64,000 bases of DNA from Dehalococcoidia bacterium. GTDB taxonomy: Bacteria; Chloroflexota; Dehalococcoidia; UBA2979. Shown in pieces: positions 39,513 through 50,134 of this stretch; the first letter of the stretch is position 1, and each line of letters begins with the position of its first letter. The DNA lies in the NCBI GenBank assembly GCA_963667465.2, contig CAXXDN010000001.1, positions 896,001-960,000 of the forward strand. The letters are read 5' to 3'. Made by a program: the position numbers and the translations under genes. Under the pieces are notes generated by a model that was not told the origin of the DNA, did no database searches, and saw only the letters and a list, made by a program, of their open reading frames with translations.

Positions 39513-41084
39513 CTATGGCCGCACGCCGCGGCGGCGCTTCGGGCCGCCGCCGAGCTCGTGCGGGAGCACGCGGTAGGCGTGCTCCACGAAGCGCTCGAGG
39601 TGGGAGCGCGTCTCGCGCGGGTCGATGATCTCCTCGACGCCGAAGGCCTCGGCGGTGCGGAAGATGTTGCTCATCCGCGCGAACTCCTCCTCGAGCTCCT
39701 GGCGGCGGGCGTCCGGGTCCGGGGACGCCTCGATCTCGCGGCGGTAGGCGGCCTCGACGCCGCCCTCGATCGGCAGGCTGCCCCACTCGCCGCTCGGCCA
39801 GGCGATGCGATAGCGGAGCCGCGAGTCGCCGGGGACCATGCCGCCCATGCCGTAGCACTTGCGCACGATGATCGTGATCGCCGGCACGGTGGCCTGCATC
39901 CCCGCCCAGGCAGCGCGGATGCCGCGGCGCAGTGTGGCCGCGCGCTCGGCCTCGGGGCCGATCGCGAAGCCGGGCGCGTCGACGAAGAAGACGAGCGGGA
40001 TGTGGAAGTAGTCGCACAGATCGACAAAGTGCGCCTGCTTCTCCGCCCCGTCGCCGTCGAGGGCGCCCCCGTAGGCGAGCGGGTTGTTGGCGATGACGCC
40101 GACGGGGTGGCCGTTGATGCGTGCGAAGGCGGTGATCAGGCTGAGGCCGTAGTGCGGCTTGATCTCGAAGATCGAGCCTTCGTCGAGCGTCGATTGGAGG
40201 ATCTTGTGCATCGAGTAGGGGCGACGGCGGTCGCGCGGCACGATCTCGGCGAGTGGCTCGGGGTCGGGCCGGGCGCCGTCGAACTCGGCGACCGGGGGTA
40301 GTTCGTGGACGTTGGAGGGCATGTAGGAGAGGAAGGCGCGGATCTGGCGGAACGCGTCTTCTTCGTCGGCGGCCTCGTTGTCGATGATGCCGGATTGGCG
40401 CACGTGGATCTGCGCGCCACCGAGCTCGCGCGGCGTCACCTCCTGGCCCATCGAGCGCCGGACCAGCGGAGGTCCGGCGGCGAAGACCGCCGCGGTCTCC
40501 CTCGTCATCACGCTCCAGTGCACGAGCTGCGAGCGCCCTGCCGGGCCGCCGGCGGCGTAGCCGAGAACGGCTCCGACGACGGGCACATGGAGCATCGCCT
40601 CGACGGCTTCCTGGAACTGGTAGTTGCCGATGACGAGCTGCGGGGCGCCCTCGGTAGCCATGGTCTGAACGCTGCCGCCGCCGCCCTCGATGAGCAGGAC
40701 GAGCGGGACGAGGTACTCGCGCGCGACGTCCTCGGGGAAGCCGCCGGTGTCGCCGCCCTTGTCGCGCTGCTTGAACTGCTTGGCGGAGCCGCCGCGGATC
40801 GTGAAGTCCTCGCCGCCGATCGCGACGTGCCGCCCATCGATCTTGCCGAGCCCCATCACGTAGGGCGCGGGCGTGAAGTCGGTCAGCCGCCCGTCCTCGT
40901 ACTCCCCCGCCCCGGCGAGCACGCCGACCTCGTGGAAGGAGCCGGCGTCGAGCAGCAGGTCGAGGCGCTCGCGGATCGTGTACTGGCCGCGCGAGTGCTG
41001 CCGCGCGATGCGGTCCGGCTCCCCGCCGGCGCGCGCCAGCTCGGTGCGCTGCGTGATCTCGTCGAGCCTGTCCTGCCAGACCAT
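39513..41084 (-). CDS. Acyl-CoA carboxylase carboxyltransferase subunit (copy 1)
   Basis: RERL..LLD.GSF.E, DFTIRGGS, ELGG, GVIANNP, VDAPGF.IG, IIDPRETR. Confidence 0.92.
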   Translation of the reverse strand: MVWQDRLDEITQRTELARAGGEPDRIARQHSRGQYTIRERLDLLLDAGSFHEVGVLAGAGEYEDGRLTDFTPAPYVMGLGKIDGRHVAIGGEDFTIRGGSAKQFKQRDKGGDTGGFPEDVAREYLVPLVLLIEGGGGSVQTMATEGAPQLVIGNYQFQEAVEAMLHVPVVGAVLGYAAGGPAGRSQLVHWSVMTRETAAVFAAGPPLVRRSMGQEVTPRELGGAQIHVRQSGIIDNEAADEEDAFRQIRAFLSYMPSNVHELPPVAEFDGARPDPEPLAEIVPRDRRRPYSMHKILQSTLDEGSIFEIKPHYGLSLITAFARINGHPVGVIANNPLAYGGALDGDGAEKQAHFVDLCDYFHIPLVFFVDAPGFAIGPEAERAATLRRGIRAAWAGMQATVPAITIIVRKCYGMGGMVPGDSRLRYRIAWPSGEWGSLPIEGGVEAAYRREIEASPDPDARRQELEEEFARMSNIFRTAEAFGVEEIIDPRETRSHLERFVEHAYRVLPHELGGGPKRRRGVRP

Positions 41085-41365
41085 GCGCCGCCTCCCGGCG
41101 TCCGCGATCCCTCGTGCGCCCGCGGGTCGCCGAGAGGGTAGCGCGTCGGGGGAGGGCGCGTGGCGCTAGTGGACGGTGGGCAGCTCGTCGGCGTTGGCCG
41201 GGTGCGGGATCTCGATACCGCTGACGGCGGCGCCAGCGTCGATGGTCCGCGTAGATCTGCAGCGTGCTTCGCGAGCTGCCGCCAGTAGTCGACGCAGGAT
41301 CCGTCGCTGGCGTGCGCGGCGGTCGGAGAACGCGCCAGAACAGTCCGCAGGCGCCCGCGCCGCGC

Positions 41366-42937
41366 CTACGGCCGCACGCCGGGGCGCGACTTCGGGCCGG
41401 CGGCGACCTCGTGCGGGAGGACGCGGTAGGCCATCTCCACGAAGCGCTCGAGGTGGGAGCGGGTCTCGCGCGGGTCAATGATCTCCTCGACGCCGAAGGC
41501 CTCGGCGGTGCGGAAGATGTTGCTCATCGCCGCGAACTCGTCCTCGAGCTCGCGACGGCGTGCCTCCGGGTCGGGCGAGGCCTCTATCTCGCGGCGGTAG
41601 GCGGCCTCGACGCCGCCCTCGATCGGCAGGATGCCCCAGTCCGCGCTCGGCCAGGCGATCTTGTAGCGCAGCCGCGAGTCACCCGGAACCATGCCGCCCA
41701 TGCCGTAGCACTTGCGCACGACGATCGTCAGCGCGGGCACGGTGGCCTGCATACCCGCCCAGGCGGCGCGGATGCCGCGCCTGAGCGTCGCCGCGCGCTC
41801 GGCCTCGGGGCCGACGGCGAAGCCGGGCACGTCGACGAAGAAGACGAGCGGGATGTGGAAGTAGTCGCACATGTCGATGAAGTGCGCCTGCTTCTCCGCC
41901 CCGTCGCCGTCGAGGGCGCCCCCGTAGGCGAGCGGGTTGTTGGCGATCACGCCGACCGGGTGCCCGTTGATGCGGGCGAGGGCGGTGATCAGGCTGAGCC
42001 CGTAGTGCGGCTTGATCTCGAAGATCGAGCCCTCGTCGAGCGTGGAGCGCAGCACGGTGTGCATCGAGTAGGGGCGGCGCCGGTCGCGCGGGATGAGGTC
42101 GGCGAGGCGCTCGGGGTCCGGTGGCGCGTCGTTGAACTCGGCGACGGGTGGCAGCTCGTAGACGTTGGAGGGCATGTAGGAGAGGAACGCCTTGATCTGG
42201 CGGAAGGCGTCCTCCTCGTCGGCCGCCTCGTTGTCGATGATGCCGGACTGGCGGACGTGGATCTGCGGACCGCCCAGCTCGCGAGGCGTGAGCTCCTGGC
42301 CCAGCGCCCGGCGCACGACGGGCGGCCCGGCGGCGAAGACCGCGGACGTCTCCTTCGTCATCACGCTCCAGTGCACGAGCTGCGAGCGGCCGGCCGGTCC
42401 GCCGGCGGCGAAGCCGAGCACCGCGCCGACGACCGGTACGTACATCATCGCCTCGACGGCGGGCATGAACTGGTGGTTGCCGGCGAAGAGCGGCGGCGCG
42501 CCCTCTGAGGCGATGCGCTGGACGTTGCCGCCCCCGCCCTCGATCAGCAGGACGAGCGGGACGAGGTACTCGCGGGCGAGCTCCTCGGGGAAGCCGCCAA
42601 CGTCGCCGCCCTTGACGCGCTGGGAGAAGTGCTTGGCGGAGCCGCCGCGGATCGTGAAGTCTTCGCCGCCGATGGCGACGTGCCGCCCGTCGATCTTGCC
42701 GAGGCCCATCACGTAGGGCGCGGGCGTGAACTCCGTGAGCTTGCCGTCCTCGTAGAGCCCGGCGCCGGCGAGCGCGCCGACCTCGTGGAAGGAGCCGTCG
42801 TCGAGCAGGATGTCGAGGCGCTCGCGGATCGTGTGCTGGCCGCGCGCGTGCTGGCGTTCGATGCGGTCCGGCTCGCCTCCGGCTTGCGCCAGCTCGGTGC
42901 GCTGCTTGATCTCGTCGAGCCTGTCCTGCCAGACCAT
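41366..42937 (-). CDS. Acyl-CoA carboxylase carboxyltransferase subunit (copy 2)
   Basis: Same length (523 aa) and motifs as copy 1. Confidence 0.92.
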   Translation of the reverse strand: MVWQDRLDEIKQRTELAQAGGEPDRIERQHARGQHTIRERLDILLDDGSFHEVGALAGAGLYEDGKLTEFTPAPYVMGLGKIDGRHVAIGGEDFTIRGGSAKHFSQRVKGGDVGGFPEELAREYLVPLVLLIEGGGGNVQRIASEGAPPLFAGNHQFMPAVEAMMYVPVVGAVLGFAAGGPAGRSQLVHWSVMTKETSAVFAAGPPVVRRALGQELTPRELGGPQIHVRQSGIIDNEAADEEDAFRQIKAFLSYMPSNVYELPPVAEFNDAPPDPERLADLIPRDRRRPYSMHTVLRSTLDEGSIFEIKPHYGLSLITALARINGHPVGVIANNPLAYGGALDGDGAEKQAHFIDMCDYFHIPLVFFVDVPGFAVGPEAERAATLRRGIRAAWAGMQATVPALTIVVRKCYGMGGMVPGDSRLRYKIAWPSADWGILPIEGGVEAAYRREIEASPDPEARRRELEDEFAAMSNIFRTAEAFGVEEIIDPRETRSHLERFVEMAYRVLPHEVAAGPKSRPGVRP

Positions 42938-43168
42938 CGCGCCGCTCCTCCGTGTCCGCGCGCCCTCGTCTGCCCTCGGCGGGGCGGGGGCAGGGTAGCG
43001 CGTCGGGGGCGGGGGCGTACGGGTGTCGGGTGCGTCGCCTGGCCCTCGGTGTCAGCTCCCCAGCAGGCGACGGCGCCGCCGCCAACTGCCGCGGCGCCCA
43101 GGCCGACCGACCAACCGGGCGTGCGATGTGTGCAATGGCAGCCCGGGAGGTTTCCCTACCCTAACGCG

Positions 43169-44365
43169 CTACCCCCTCGGCAGCGCGAGGCCGCGGGTGG
43201 CGATGATGTTGCGCTGGATCTCGCTGGTGCCGCCGCCGATCGTCGAGGAGACGGCCTGCAGGTAGCGCTGAGACGCCGCGCCGTGCTGACCTTCCTCGCG
43301 GTGCTCGTCCCAGAGGTTGCCGTAGAGCCCGATCAGCGACATGTGGAGCTGCGCGATGCGCTGGGTCATCTCCGAGTTGAACAGCTTCGCGACCGAGGCC
43401 TCCATGTTCGGGACCAGACCCTGCACCTGCATCGTCATGATGCGGAACGAGAACAGCATCCCCACCTCCGCCTCGATCGCGCGATCGGCGAACTGAGCGC
43501 GCAGCATCGGACGCTCGCTGAGATGCGTCTCCTCGTCGGGCAACTCGTTCGCGAGGTCGACGATGCGATTCACCAACTGGCTCGCGCCGATTGAGTTACC
43601 GATGCCCGAGCGCTCGAAGTCGAGCAGGGTGGCGGCGGCGTACCAGCCGCGGTCCTCCTCGCCGATCATGTTGGCGGCGGGGATGCGCACGTCCTCGAAG
43701 AAGACCTCGTTGAAGCTGTGGCGGTCGGCCATGTTGACCAGCGGGCGGACGCTGATGCCGGGCAGGTCCATGTACATCCAGAAGAAGGAGATGCCGCGGT
43801 GCTTCGGCGCGTCCGGGTTCGTGCGGGCGATGAAGTACATGCCGTCCGCCTTGTGGGCGCGGCTCGTCCAGATCTTCTGCCCGCTGATCACGATGTCGTC
43901 GCCCTCGCGCTTCGCGCGAGTCTGCAGCGAGGCGAGGTCGGAGCCGGCGCTCGGCTCGGACCAGCCCTGGCACCACTCGAACTCGTCCGAGAGGATCTTC
44001 GGCAGGTGCTGCTGCTTCTGCTCCTCGCTGCCGGTCAGGATCAGCGTCGGGCCGAACATCATGACGGCGATGCCGAGCAGCCCGGAGATCCCGCCGACGC
44101 GCCCGGCCAACTCCTGGTTGAGGATGAACTGCTCGGTGACGGTGAGGCCGAGGCCGCCGTATTCCTTCGGCCAGTGCGGCCCCAGCCAGCCGCGCTCGGC
44201 GAGCGCCTTGCGCCAGCGCATGGTCACACCCTCCGAGTCGGAGCCGGCCCGCTCCATCAGCGGGTCGTCGCCGGGGCGTTCGGCGACCGTCGCGGTCTCC
44301 TCGATGAAGTCGCGCACCATGGCGCGGAATTCCGCCTGCTCGGGGGTGTCCGTGAAATCGACCAT
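43169..44365 (-). CDS. Acyl-CoA dehydrogenase
   Basis: WCQGWSEP.AGSDLASL, GQKIWTS, FNEVFFEDV, TIGGGTSEIQRNII. Confidence 0.94.
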   Translation of the reverse strand: MVDFTDTPEQAEFRAMVRDFIEETATVAERPGDDPLMERAGSDSEGVTMRWRKALAERGWLGPHWPKEYGGLGLTVTEQFILNQELAGRVGGISGLLGIAVMMFGPTLILTGSEEQKQQHLPKILSDEFEWCQGWSEPSAGSDLASLQTRAKREGDDIVISGQKIWTSRAHKADGMYFIARTNPDAPKHRGISFFWMYMDLPGISVRPLVNMADRHSFNEVFFEDVRIPAANMIGEEDRGWYAAATLLDFERSGIGNSIGASQLVNRIVDLANELPDEETHLSERPMLRAQFADRAIEAEVGMLFSFRIMTMQVQGLVPNMEASVAKLFNSEMTQRIAQLHMSLIGLYGNLWDEHREEGQHGAASQRYLQAVSSTIGGGTSEIQRNIIATRGLALPRG

Positions 44366-44487
44366 CGCGCGCCTCCTGCAGCCCCCGCGAGCATAGCCGT
44401 CGCCGCAGCTACGCGGGGTGCGAGCCGGCCGAGGCGGTCACGTAGCGCCGCCGGTGCGGTAAGGTGCGCATCCGAGGGAGGCGAGCA

Positions 44488-45666
44488 ATGTCCCGACCCG
44501 AGCGCATGACCTTTGGCGTCTTCATGGCGCCGTTCCACCCGATTAACGAGAACCCCACGCTGGCCTTCGAGCGCGACATCGAGCTGCTCGAGTGGCTCGA
44601 CGCGCTCGGCTATGACGAGGCGTTCATCGGCGAGCACCACAGCGCCGGCTGGGAGACGATCGCCAGCCCCGAGGTGTTCATCGCCGCCGCCGCCCAGCGC
44701 ACGCGCCACCTTCGCTTCGGCACCGGCGTGGTCAGCATCCCCTACCACCACCCGTTCATGGTCGCCGACCGCATGGTGCTGCTCGACCACCTGACGAGGG
44801 GCCGCGTGATCCTCGGCGTGGGGCCGGGGGCGCTGGCGACGGACGCCTACATGATGGGCATCGACCCGGCGCGGCAGCGCGAGATGATGGACGAGGGCCT
44901 GGGGGTCATCAAGCGGCTCTTCACGGAGACCGCGCCGTTCAGTGTGAAGAGCGACTGGTTCGAACTGAACGACGGGATGCTCCAGATCCGGCCCTACCAG
45001 TACCCCTCGATCCCGCTCGTGGTCGCCTCCGTGCAGACGCCCGCGGGCGTCACGACGGCGGGCAAGCACGGCGCGGGGGTGCTCTCGCTGAGCACGCCGC
45101 GCGGCATGGTGCGCGAGACCTCGCTCAAGGAGCTGTGGTCGATCGCCGAGCAGACCGCCGCCGAGCACGGCAACGAGATGCGCCGCGAGGAGTGGCGGCT
45201 CTCGATTCCGATCCACCTCGCCGACAGCCGCGAGGAGGCGATGGCGGACGTGCGCCGCGGCCACCGGAACGTGACCCGCGAGTACTTCGACAAGACGCTC
45301 GGCCACGCCTCGCCGAACGTGCCGGACGACTGCCTGCTCGAGTACGTGATGGAGCGCCACGGGGTGATCGTCGGCACGCCCGACGACATGATCGAGGCGA
45401 TCGAGCGGCTGCAGGAGATCAGCGGCGGCTTCGGCGGCATGCTCGTGCGCGTCGAGGACTGGGCGCCGCGCGAGAAGATCCTGCGTAGCTACGAGCTGCT
45501 GGCCCGCTACGTAATGCCGCACTTCCAGGGCTCGGTTGCCTCCATCCAGCGCTCCAACAAGTGGGCGCAGGAGAACCGTGACCCGATCCACGAACGCCGT
45601 GTGCTGGGCGTGCGCACCGCCACCGAGGCCTACTTCGGGGGCAACTCCTCCGGCGACGGCTCGTAG
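44488..45666 (+). CDS. LLM class flavin-dependent monooxygenase (limonene monooxygenase-like)
   Basis: FMAPFH, IGEHHSAGWE.I.SPE, PYHHPFMVADR, GVGPGAL.TDA. Confidence 0.9.
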   Translation: MSRPERMTFGVFMAPFHPINENPTLAFERDIELLEWLDALGYDEAFIGEHHSAGWETIASPEVFIAAAAQRTRHLRFGTGVVSIPYHHPFMVADRMVLLDHLTRGRVILGVGPGALATDAYMMGIDPARQREMMDEGLGVIKRLFTETAPFSVKSDWFELNDGMLQIRPYQYPSIPLVVASVQTPAGVTTAGKHGAGVLSLSTPRGMVRETSLKELWSIAEQTAAEHGNEMRREEWRLSIPIHLADSREEAMADVRRGHRNVTREYFDKTLGHASPNVPDDCLLEYVMERHGVIVGTPDDMIEAIERLQEISGGFGGMLVRVEDWAPREKILRSYELLARYVMPHFQGSVASIQRSNKWAQENRDPIHERRVLGVRTATEAYFGGNSSGDGS

Positions 45667-45826
45667 CCAGCGAGGCCACGTCCGCGCGCCGCGATCGCGG
45701 CGCGCGCAGGGCGCGCGTTGCCGCGTCTCCCGTGCTGCGCCAGAATGCCCGGAGCGCGCGGCCGCACGGCGGGCCGCGCGCCCGGAGACCGATGACCCGA
45801 GGACCGGCGAGACGACAGGCGGGGCG

Positions 45827-46738
45827 ATGAGCGAGACCTGGTACATCGACGACGAGAGCCAGTACGTGAAGGTGATCAAGGAGGCGCCGGTCGCGCAGGT
45901 CGTCCTCAACCGGCCGGAGCGCCTCAACTGCTGGCTGACCGGCCAGGAACTGGAGATCGCGAGGGCGTTCGAGCAGCTCAACGGCAAGGAGCACGAGGAC
46001 GTCAAGGCCGTGATCTTCCGCGGCGAGGGCCGCAGCTTCTCCAGCGGCTACGACGTGACCGAGCTGGGCACGCAGTACTGGGAGCCCGGCGAGGACACGA
46101 AGAGCCGCCCGACGCAGCGTCGCCGCCTCAACGTCGACGCCGAGGGCCGCAACGTGCTGCGCGCCGTATTCCAGTCGAGGAAGGCGGTGATCGGCGAGCT
46201 GAAGGGCTATGTCCTCGGCGGCGCCTTCGAGTTCGTGCTCGGCTGCGACATCCTGATCGCGGCGGAGGGCACCATCATCGGCAGCCCGCCCGCGCGCATG
46301 GTCGCGGCGGCGGGGATGAGCAGCAGCTTCAGCATCCTCCGCCTCGGCCCCGCGCTCTACTCGGAGATGATGCTGCTCGGGCGCTTCATCAGCGCCGAGG
46401 AGGGCTACGAGCGCGGCCTCATCAACCGCGTCGTCCCGCTCGAAGACCTCGAGGAGACGACGCAGGCGGCGGCGGACCTCGCCAGCCTGATCCCGACCGA
46501 CGGCATCGCGATCCACAAGCTGCAGTCGCGGCTCGCCTACAACACGCTCGGCTTCGAGTCGACGCTGGCCGCCTCCAACATGTCGCACACGCTGCAGGTG
46601 CAGCAGCGCCTCGGCGAGCACGACTGGAACCTCTTCACCGAGCGGCGCGACCACGGGGCGAAGGAGGCCTACCGGCGGCGCGACCAGCGCTTCCGCGACG
46701 CCATCGAGCGCTTCAACCCGCGCGGCCCGATCATCTAG
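45827..46738 (+). CDS. Enoyl-CoA hydratase/isomerase (crotonase) family
   Basis: LNRPERLN, FSSGYDV, GYVLGGAFE, GLINRVVP. Confidence 0.9.
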   Translation: MSETWYIDDESQYVKVIKEAPVAQVVLNRPERLNCWLTGQELEIARAFEQLNGKEHEDVKAVIFRGEGRSFSSGYDVTELGTQYWEPGEDTKSRPTQRRRLNVDAEGRNVLRAVFQSRKAVIGELKGYVLGGAFEFVLGCDILIAAEGTIIGSPPARMVAAAGMSSSFSILRLGPALYSEMMLLGRFISAEEGYERGLINRVVPLEDLEETTQAAADLASLIPTDGIAIHKLQSRLAYNTLGFESTLAASNMSHTLQVQQRLGEHDWNLFTERRDHGAKEAYRRRDQRFRDAIERFNPRGPII

Positions 46739-46751
46739 CCGGCGCAGCGAG

Positions 46752-47921
46752 GTGAGCGACCACTTGGACGGTCCGGTCGCCGGCGAGGCGCGCGGACAGA
46801 ACACGCGGCTCTCGGACATCGTCGCGGTCGAGCTGGGCGAAGGCCTCGCGGCGGCCTACTGCGGGCGCTGGCTGCGCCTCCACGGCGCGACCGTGATCAA
46901 GGTCGAGGATGCGACGACGGGCGGCGATCGGCTGCGGCGCGAGGACCTGACGCCGGACGGCTGGCGCCGCACCGAGCGCCGCTCGATGTTCGCCGCGCTG
47001 CATGCCGGCAAGGAGAGTGTCTCGCTCGACTACTCCAGCGACGAGGGCCAGTCCGAGCTGCACGATCAACTCTTCCGCGCGGACGTCGTCATCTCCAGCT
47101 TCACGCGCGACGAACTGCTGGAACGCGGGCTCAGCGAGGTGCTGTTCGACCTGCCCGGCGATCGCGTCGCCGTCTCCTGCACGCCGTTCGGCCTCGATGG
47201 GCCGTACGCGGACTACCAGGCGACGGACGAGGTGCTGCTCGCCTATGGCGGGTCGATGAGCACGCTCGGCCAGTCGAAGGGGCCGCCGCGCCACGTACGC
47301 GTGCCGATGGCGGACTTCGTCGGCGGGGTCTTCGGCTTCCAGTCGGCGCTGCTCGGGCTGCTCAACCCGGCGGCCGGGCGCTGCTTCGACGTCTCGGTCG
47401 CCGACTGCCTGGCGGCCAACCTCGAGCGGGTGACGATGTTCTACTCGCACCTCGGGCTGATCCACCTGCGAGGGCACGGCATGCACCGTCACTTCGCCGG
47501 CCACCCGGGCGGGCTCTACCCCTGCAAGGACGGCTACGTGATGGTCGCGATGGCCGGATCGCCGATCCAGATGATGGCCCTGCTCGTGGAGCAGCCGGAG
47601 CTCGAGGAGCACCCGCTCTTCCAGGACCGCCTCGAGCGGCACCGCCGCCCCGACGAGTTCGACGAACTGATCCTGCCCTGGTTCCTCGAGCACGAGGCCG
47701 GGGAGATCGTGACGAAGGCGCACGAGCTGCGCATGCCGTTCGGCTACGTGCTGCGGCCCTCGGAGCTGTTGACGGACGCACAGCTCGCGCACCGCCAGAG
47801 CCTCGTCGAGGTGGCCGTGCCGGGCCTCGCTGAACCCGTCCGGATGCCGGGCTTGCCCTACCGCTACCGCGAGTTCGACGCCGAGGGCGTCGCGCTTGAC
47901 CCGCTGGAGACGCCCGGATGA
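46752..47921 (+). CDS. CoA-transferase family III
   Basis: AAAYCGR.L..HGA.VIKVE, GKESV.LD, PMADFVGG, YPCKDGYV. Confidence 0.88.
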   Translation: MSDHLDGPVAGEARGQNTRLSDIVAVELGEGLAAAYCGRWLRLHGATVIKVEDATTGGDRLRREDLTPDGWRRTERRSMFAALHAGKESVSLDYSSDEGQSELHDQLFRADVVISSFTRDELLERGLSEVLFDLPGDRVAVSCTPFGLDGPYADYQATDEVLLAYGGSMSTLGQSKGPPRHVRVPMADFVGGVFGFQSALLGLLNPAAGRCFDVSVADCLAANLERVTMFYSHLGLIHLRGHGMHRHFAGHPGGLYPCKDGYVMVAMAGSPIQMMALLVEQPELEEHPLFQDRLERHRRPDEFDELILPWFLEHEAGEIVTKAHELRMPFGYVLRPSELLTDAQLAHRQSLVEVAVPGLAEPVRMPGLPYRYREFDAEGVALDPLETPG

Positions 47922-49312
47922 CCGACGAAACGGTGACGGACGAGACCATGAGTGAAGAGCCGATCTACCAGCCGCTCGCCGGCGTGCGCGTACTCGACCT
48001 CACCGGGCAGTACGCGGGCTCGCAAATCACGCGCATCCTCGCCGACCTCGGCGCCGAGGTGAACAAGGTCGAGGCGGCGCGCCACATGGACATGGTCTCG
48101 CGTGGCCTCGTGCCGACCGACAACCGGCCGACGAACCATTGGTGGACGCGCACCGCCTACTGGGCGGAGCGCAACATCAACAAGCGCGGCATCACCGTCG
48201 ACCTGACGACGGACGAGGGCAAGGAGGTCTTCTACGACCTGCTCGATGTCTCCGACATCCTCGCGGAGAACTACACGCCGCGGGTGATGCGCCACTTCGG
48301 CTTCGAGTACGAAACACTGAAGGCGCGCAAGCCGGGGCTGATCCACATCTCCCTCTCCGGCTACGGCCAGGAGGGCCCGCTCGCGAACGCCCCGGCCAAC
48401 GCCTTCGGCATGCTCGCTGCCGCCGGACTCGCCTACGCGATGGGCGAGCCGGGCCCCGCGCCCTACCTGCCGACGACCTCGCTGGCGGACATGTACGCCG
48501 GCATCAGCGCGGCCACCTCGATTCTCGTGGCCCTGCGCCGCGTGCGCCTGACCGGCGAGGGCGAGCGCATCGACATGGCCGGCCGCGAGGGTGGGATGGC
48601 GATGGGCTCCGGCTTCGTGCTCGGCTCGCAGCTCCCCCCGGACCAGCCGGGCGAGCGCGTCTACTCCACCGTGATCCTCGGCTGCGCCGGCGACGAGGAG
48701 TGGCTGGTCGTCTGCTACCGCGACGCCGAGGAGTGGGCGCAGCTCTGCGGCGTGCTCGGCATCGAGGATCCGCCCGACCCGCCCGCAGACCCGGACGACC
48801 CGCCCGAGGAGGTCGTGCGCGCGGCCGCCGCGGCCGACCGCCACGCGGTCGCCGCGGCGCTCCAGGCCGCGGGCGTCGCCGCCGCACCGGTGCAGACCGG
48901 GCGCGACATCCTGCTCGACCCGCACTTCGAGGAGCGCGACGTCTACGCCCTCTGCCGCCACACCGACCCGGAAATCGGCGCGCGGCCGTTCGGGCGCGCC
49001 TTCCCCGTGCGCGTGCTCGGCGCGCGCGGCACGGAGCTGCGCGACCCACCGCGCGACCTCGGGCGTGACAACCGCGAGGTCTTCCGCGAGGTTCTCGGCT
49101 ACTCCGACGAGCGCATCGACGCGCTCTACGAGGCGGGTGTCGCGGCGGATGGGCCGAGCACCCGCTTCGGCCGCGCCTGGGCGACGCCGCTCGACACCGA
49201 GGCCATGATCCACGACGGCGGCGCGCTGCCCGCGCCCGACTACCTCGACGTGCTCAGCGAGCGCTTCGGCGAGCGCGTGGGCCCGCTGCGCTGGCCCGAG
49301 GAAGGGTCGTAG
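47918..49312 (+). CDS. CoA-transferase family III
   Basis: PLAGVRVLDLT, LADLGAEV.KVE, NKRGITVDL, ENYTP, LADMYAG; ATGA coupling. Confidence 0.9.
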   Translation: MTDETVTDETMSEEPIYQPLAGVRVLDLTGQYAGSQITRILADLGAEVNKVEAARHMDMVSRGLVPTDNRPTNHWWTRTAYWAERNINKRGITVDLTTDEGKEVFYDLLDVSDILAENYTPRVMRHFGFEYETLKARKPGLIHISLSGYGQEGPLANAPANAFGMLAAAGLAYAMGEPGPAPYLPTTSLADMYAGISAATSILVALRRVRLTGEGERIDMAGREGGMAMGSGFVLGSQLPPDQPGERVYSTVILGCAGDEEWLVVCYRDAEEWAQLCGVLGIEDPPDPPADPDDPPEEVVRAAAAADRHAVAAALQAAGVAAAPVQTGRDILLDPHFEERDVYALCRHTDPEIGARPFGRAFPVRVLGARGTELRDPPRDLGRDNREVFREVLGYSDERIDALYEAGVAADGPSTRFGRAWATPLDTEAMIHDGGALPAPDYLDVLSERFGERVGPLRWPEEGS

Positions 49313-49317
49313 CGGCG

Positions 49318-50115
49318 ATGCCCTTCGCGGAGTCAGCGGGCGCGCGCCTTCACTGGGAGCGGCACGGCGAGGACGGGCCGCCGCTCGTGCTCTCGACGGG
49401 GCAGGCGGTGCCCGCGTCGCTCTGGGGCGCGCTTGCTTCGTTACTGGCGGCGCGCTTCCGCCTCGTGACCTACGACCAGCGCGGCATCGGCGAGAGCGAG
49501 GCACTGTCCGAGAGCTGCACGATGGAGGACGCGGCCGACGACCTCCAGGCGGTGATCGGAGCCGCCTTCGGCGACGAGCGGGTGATCTCGCTGGGCCACG
49601 CCTCGGGCGGCTGGGTCGCCGCCGCCCACGCCATCAACCACCCGGAGGCGGCGCGCGCGCTGGTGCTCTGCAGCGTCGTCGGCATCTTCGCCCCGCCGCC
49701 CGGCTTGCCGCAGCAGGGCCTGCGGATCAACCCGAAGCAGGTCGAGTACGAGGAGTACAAGGCGCAGCTCGGCCCGCTCTACACCGGCATGGGCTACGCC
49801 GACACGCCCGAGGGCGATGCCTTCCTGCGCGAGTACTACGCCGCTGGCCGTGCCCGCAGCGGTCCCAGCTGGCACGGCTACGCGATGCGCGACGTGGATC
49901 GCATGCGCTACTGGGCGAAGTGGACTCAGCCCACGCTGTTGCTCTACGGGACGCACGACCGCCTCGGGGTGCCGGAGCACGGCTTCGAGCTCGATCGCGT
50001 GCTTCCGGAGTCGGAGCTGCACTGGTTCTACCCGGCGGGCCACTTCCTGCCGCGCGAGCAGGCCGGCCCCGTTGCCGAGCGCATCATCGACTGGGCCAGC
50101 CGCCTCGAGGGCTGA
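49318..50115 (+). CDS. Alpha/beta hydrolase fold protein
   Basis: YDQRGIG.S, LGHASGG, LYG.HD, AGHF. Confidence 0.85.
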   Translation: MPFAESAGARLHWERHGEDGPPLVLSTGQAVPASLWGALASLLAARFRLVTYDQRGIGESEALSESCTMEDAADDLQAVIGAAFGDERVISLGHASGGWVAAAHAINHPEAARALVLCSVVGIFAPPPGLPQQGLRINPKQVEYEEYKAQLGPLYTGMGYADTPEGDAFLREYYAAGRARSGPSWHGYAMRDVDRMRYWAKWTQPTLLLYGTHDRLGVPEHGFELDRVLPESELHWFYPAGHFLPREQAGPVAERIIDWASRLEG

Positions 50116-50134
50116 CGAGCGCACGTCTGCTGTG

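Noticed and set aside
41165-41365. Possible gene remnant between the carboxyltransferases
   Set aside because: No start codon or recognisable motif
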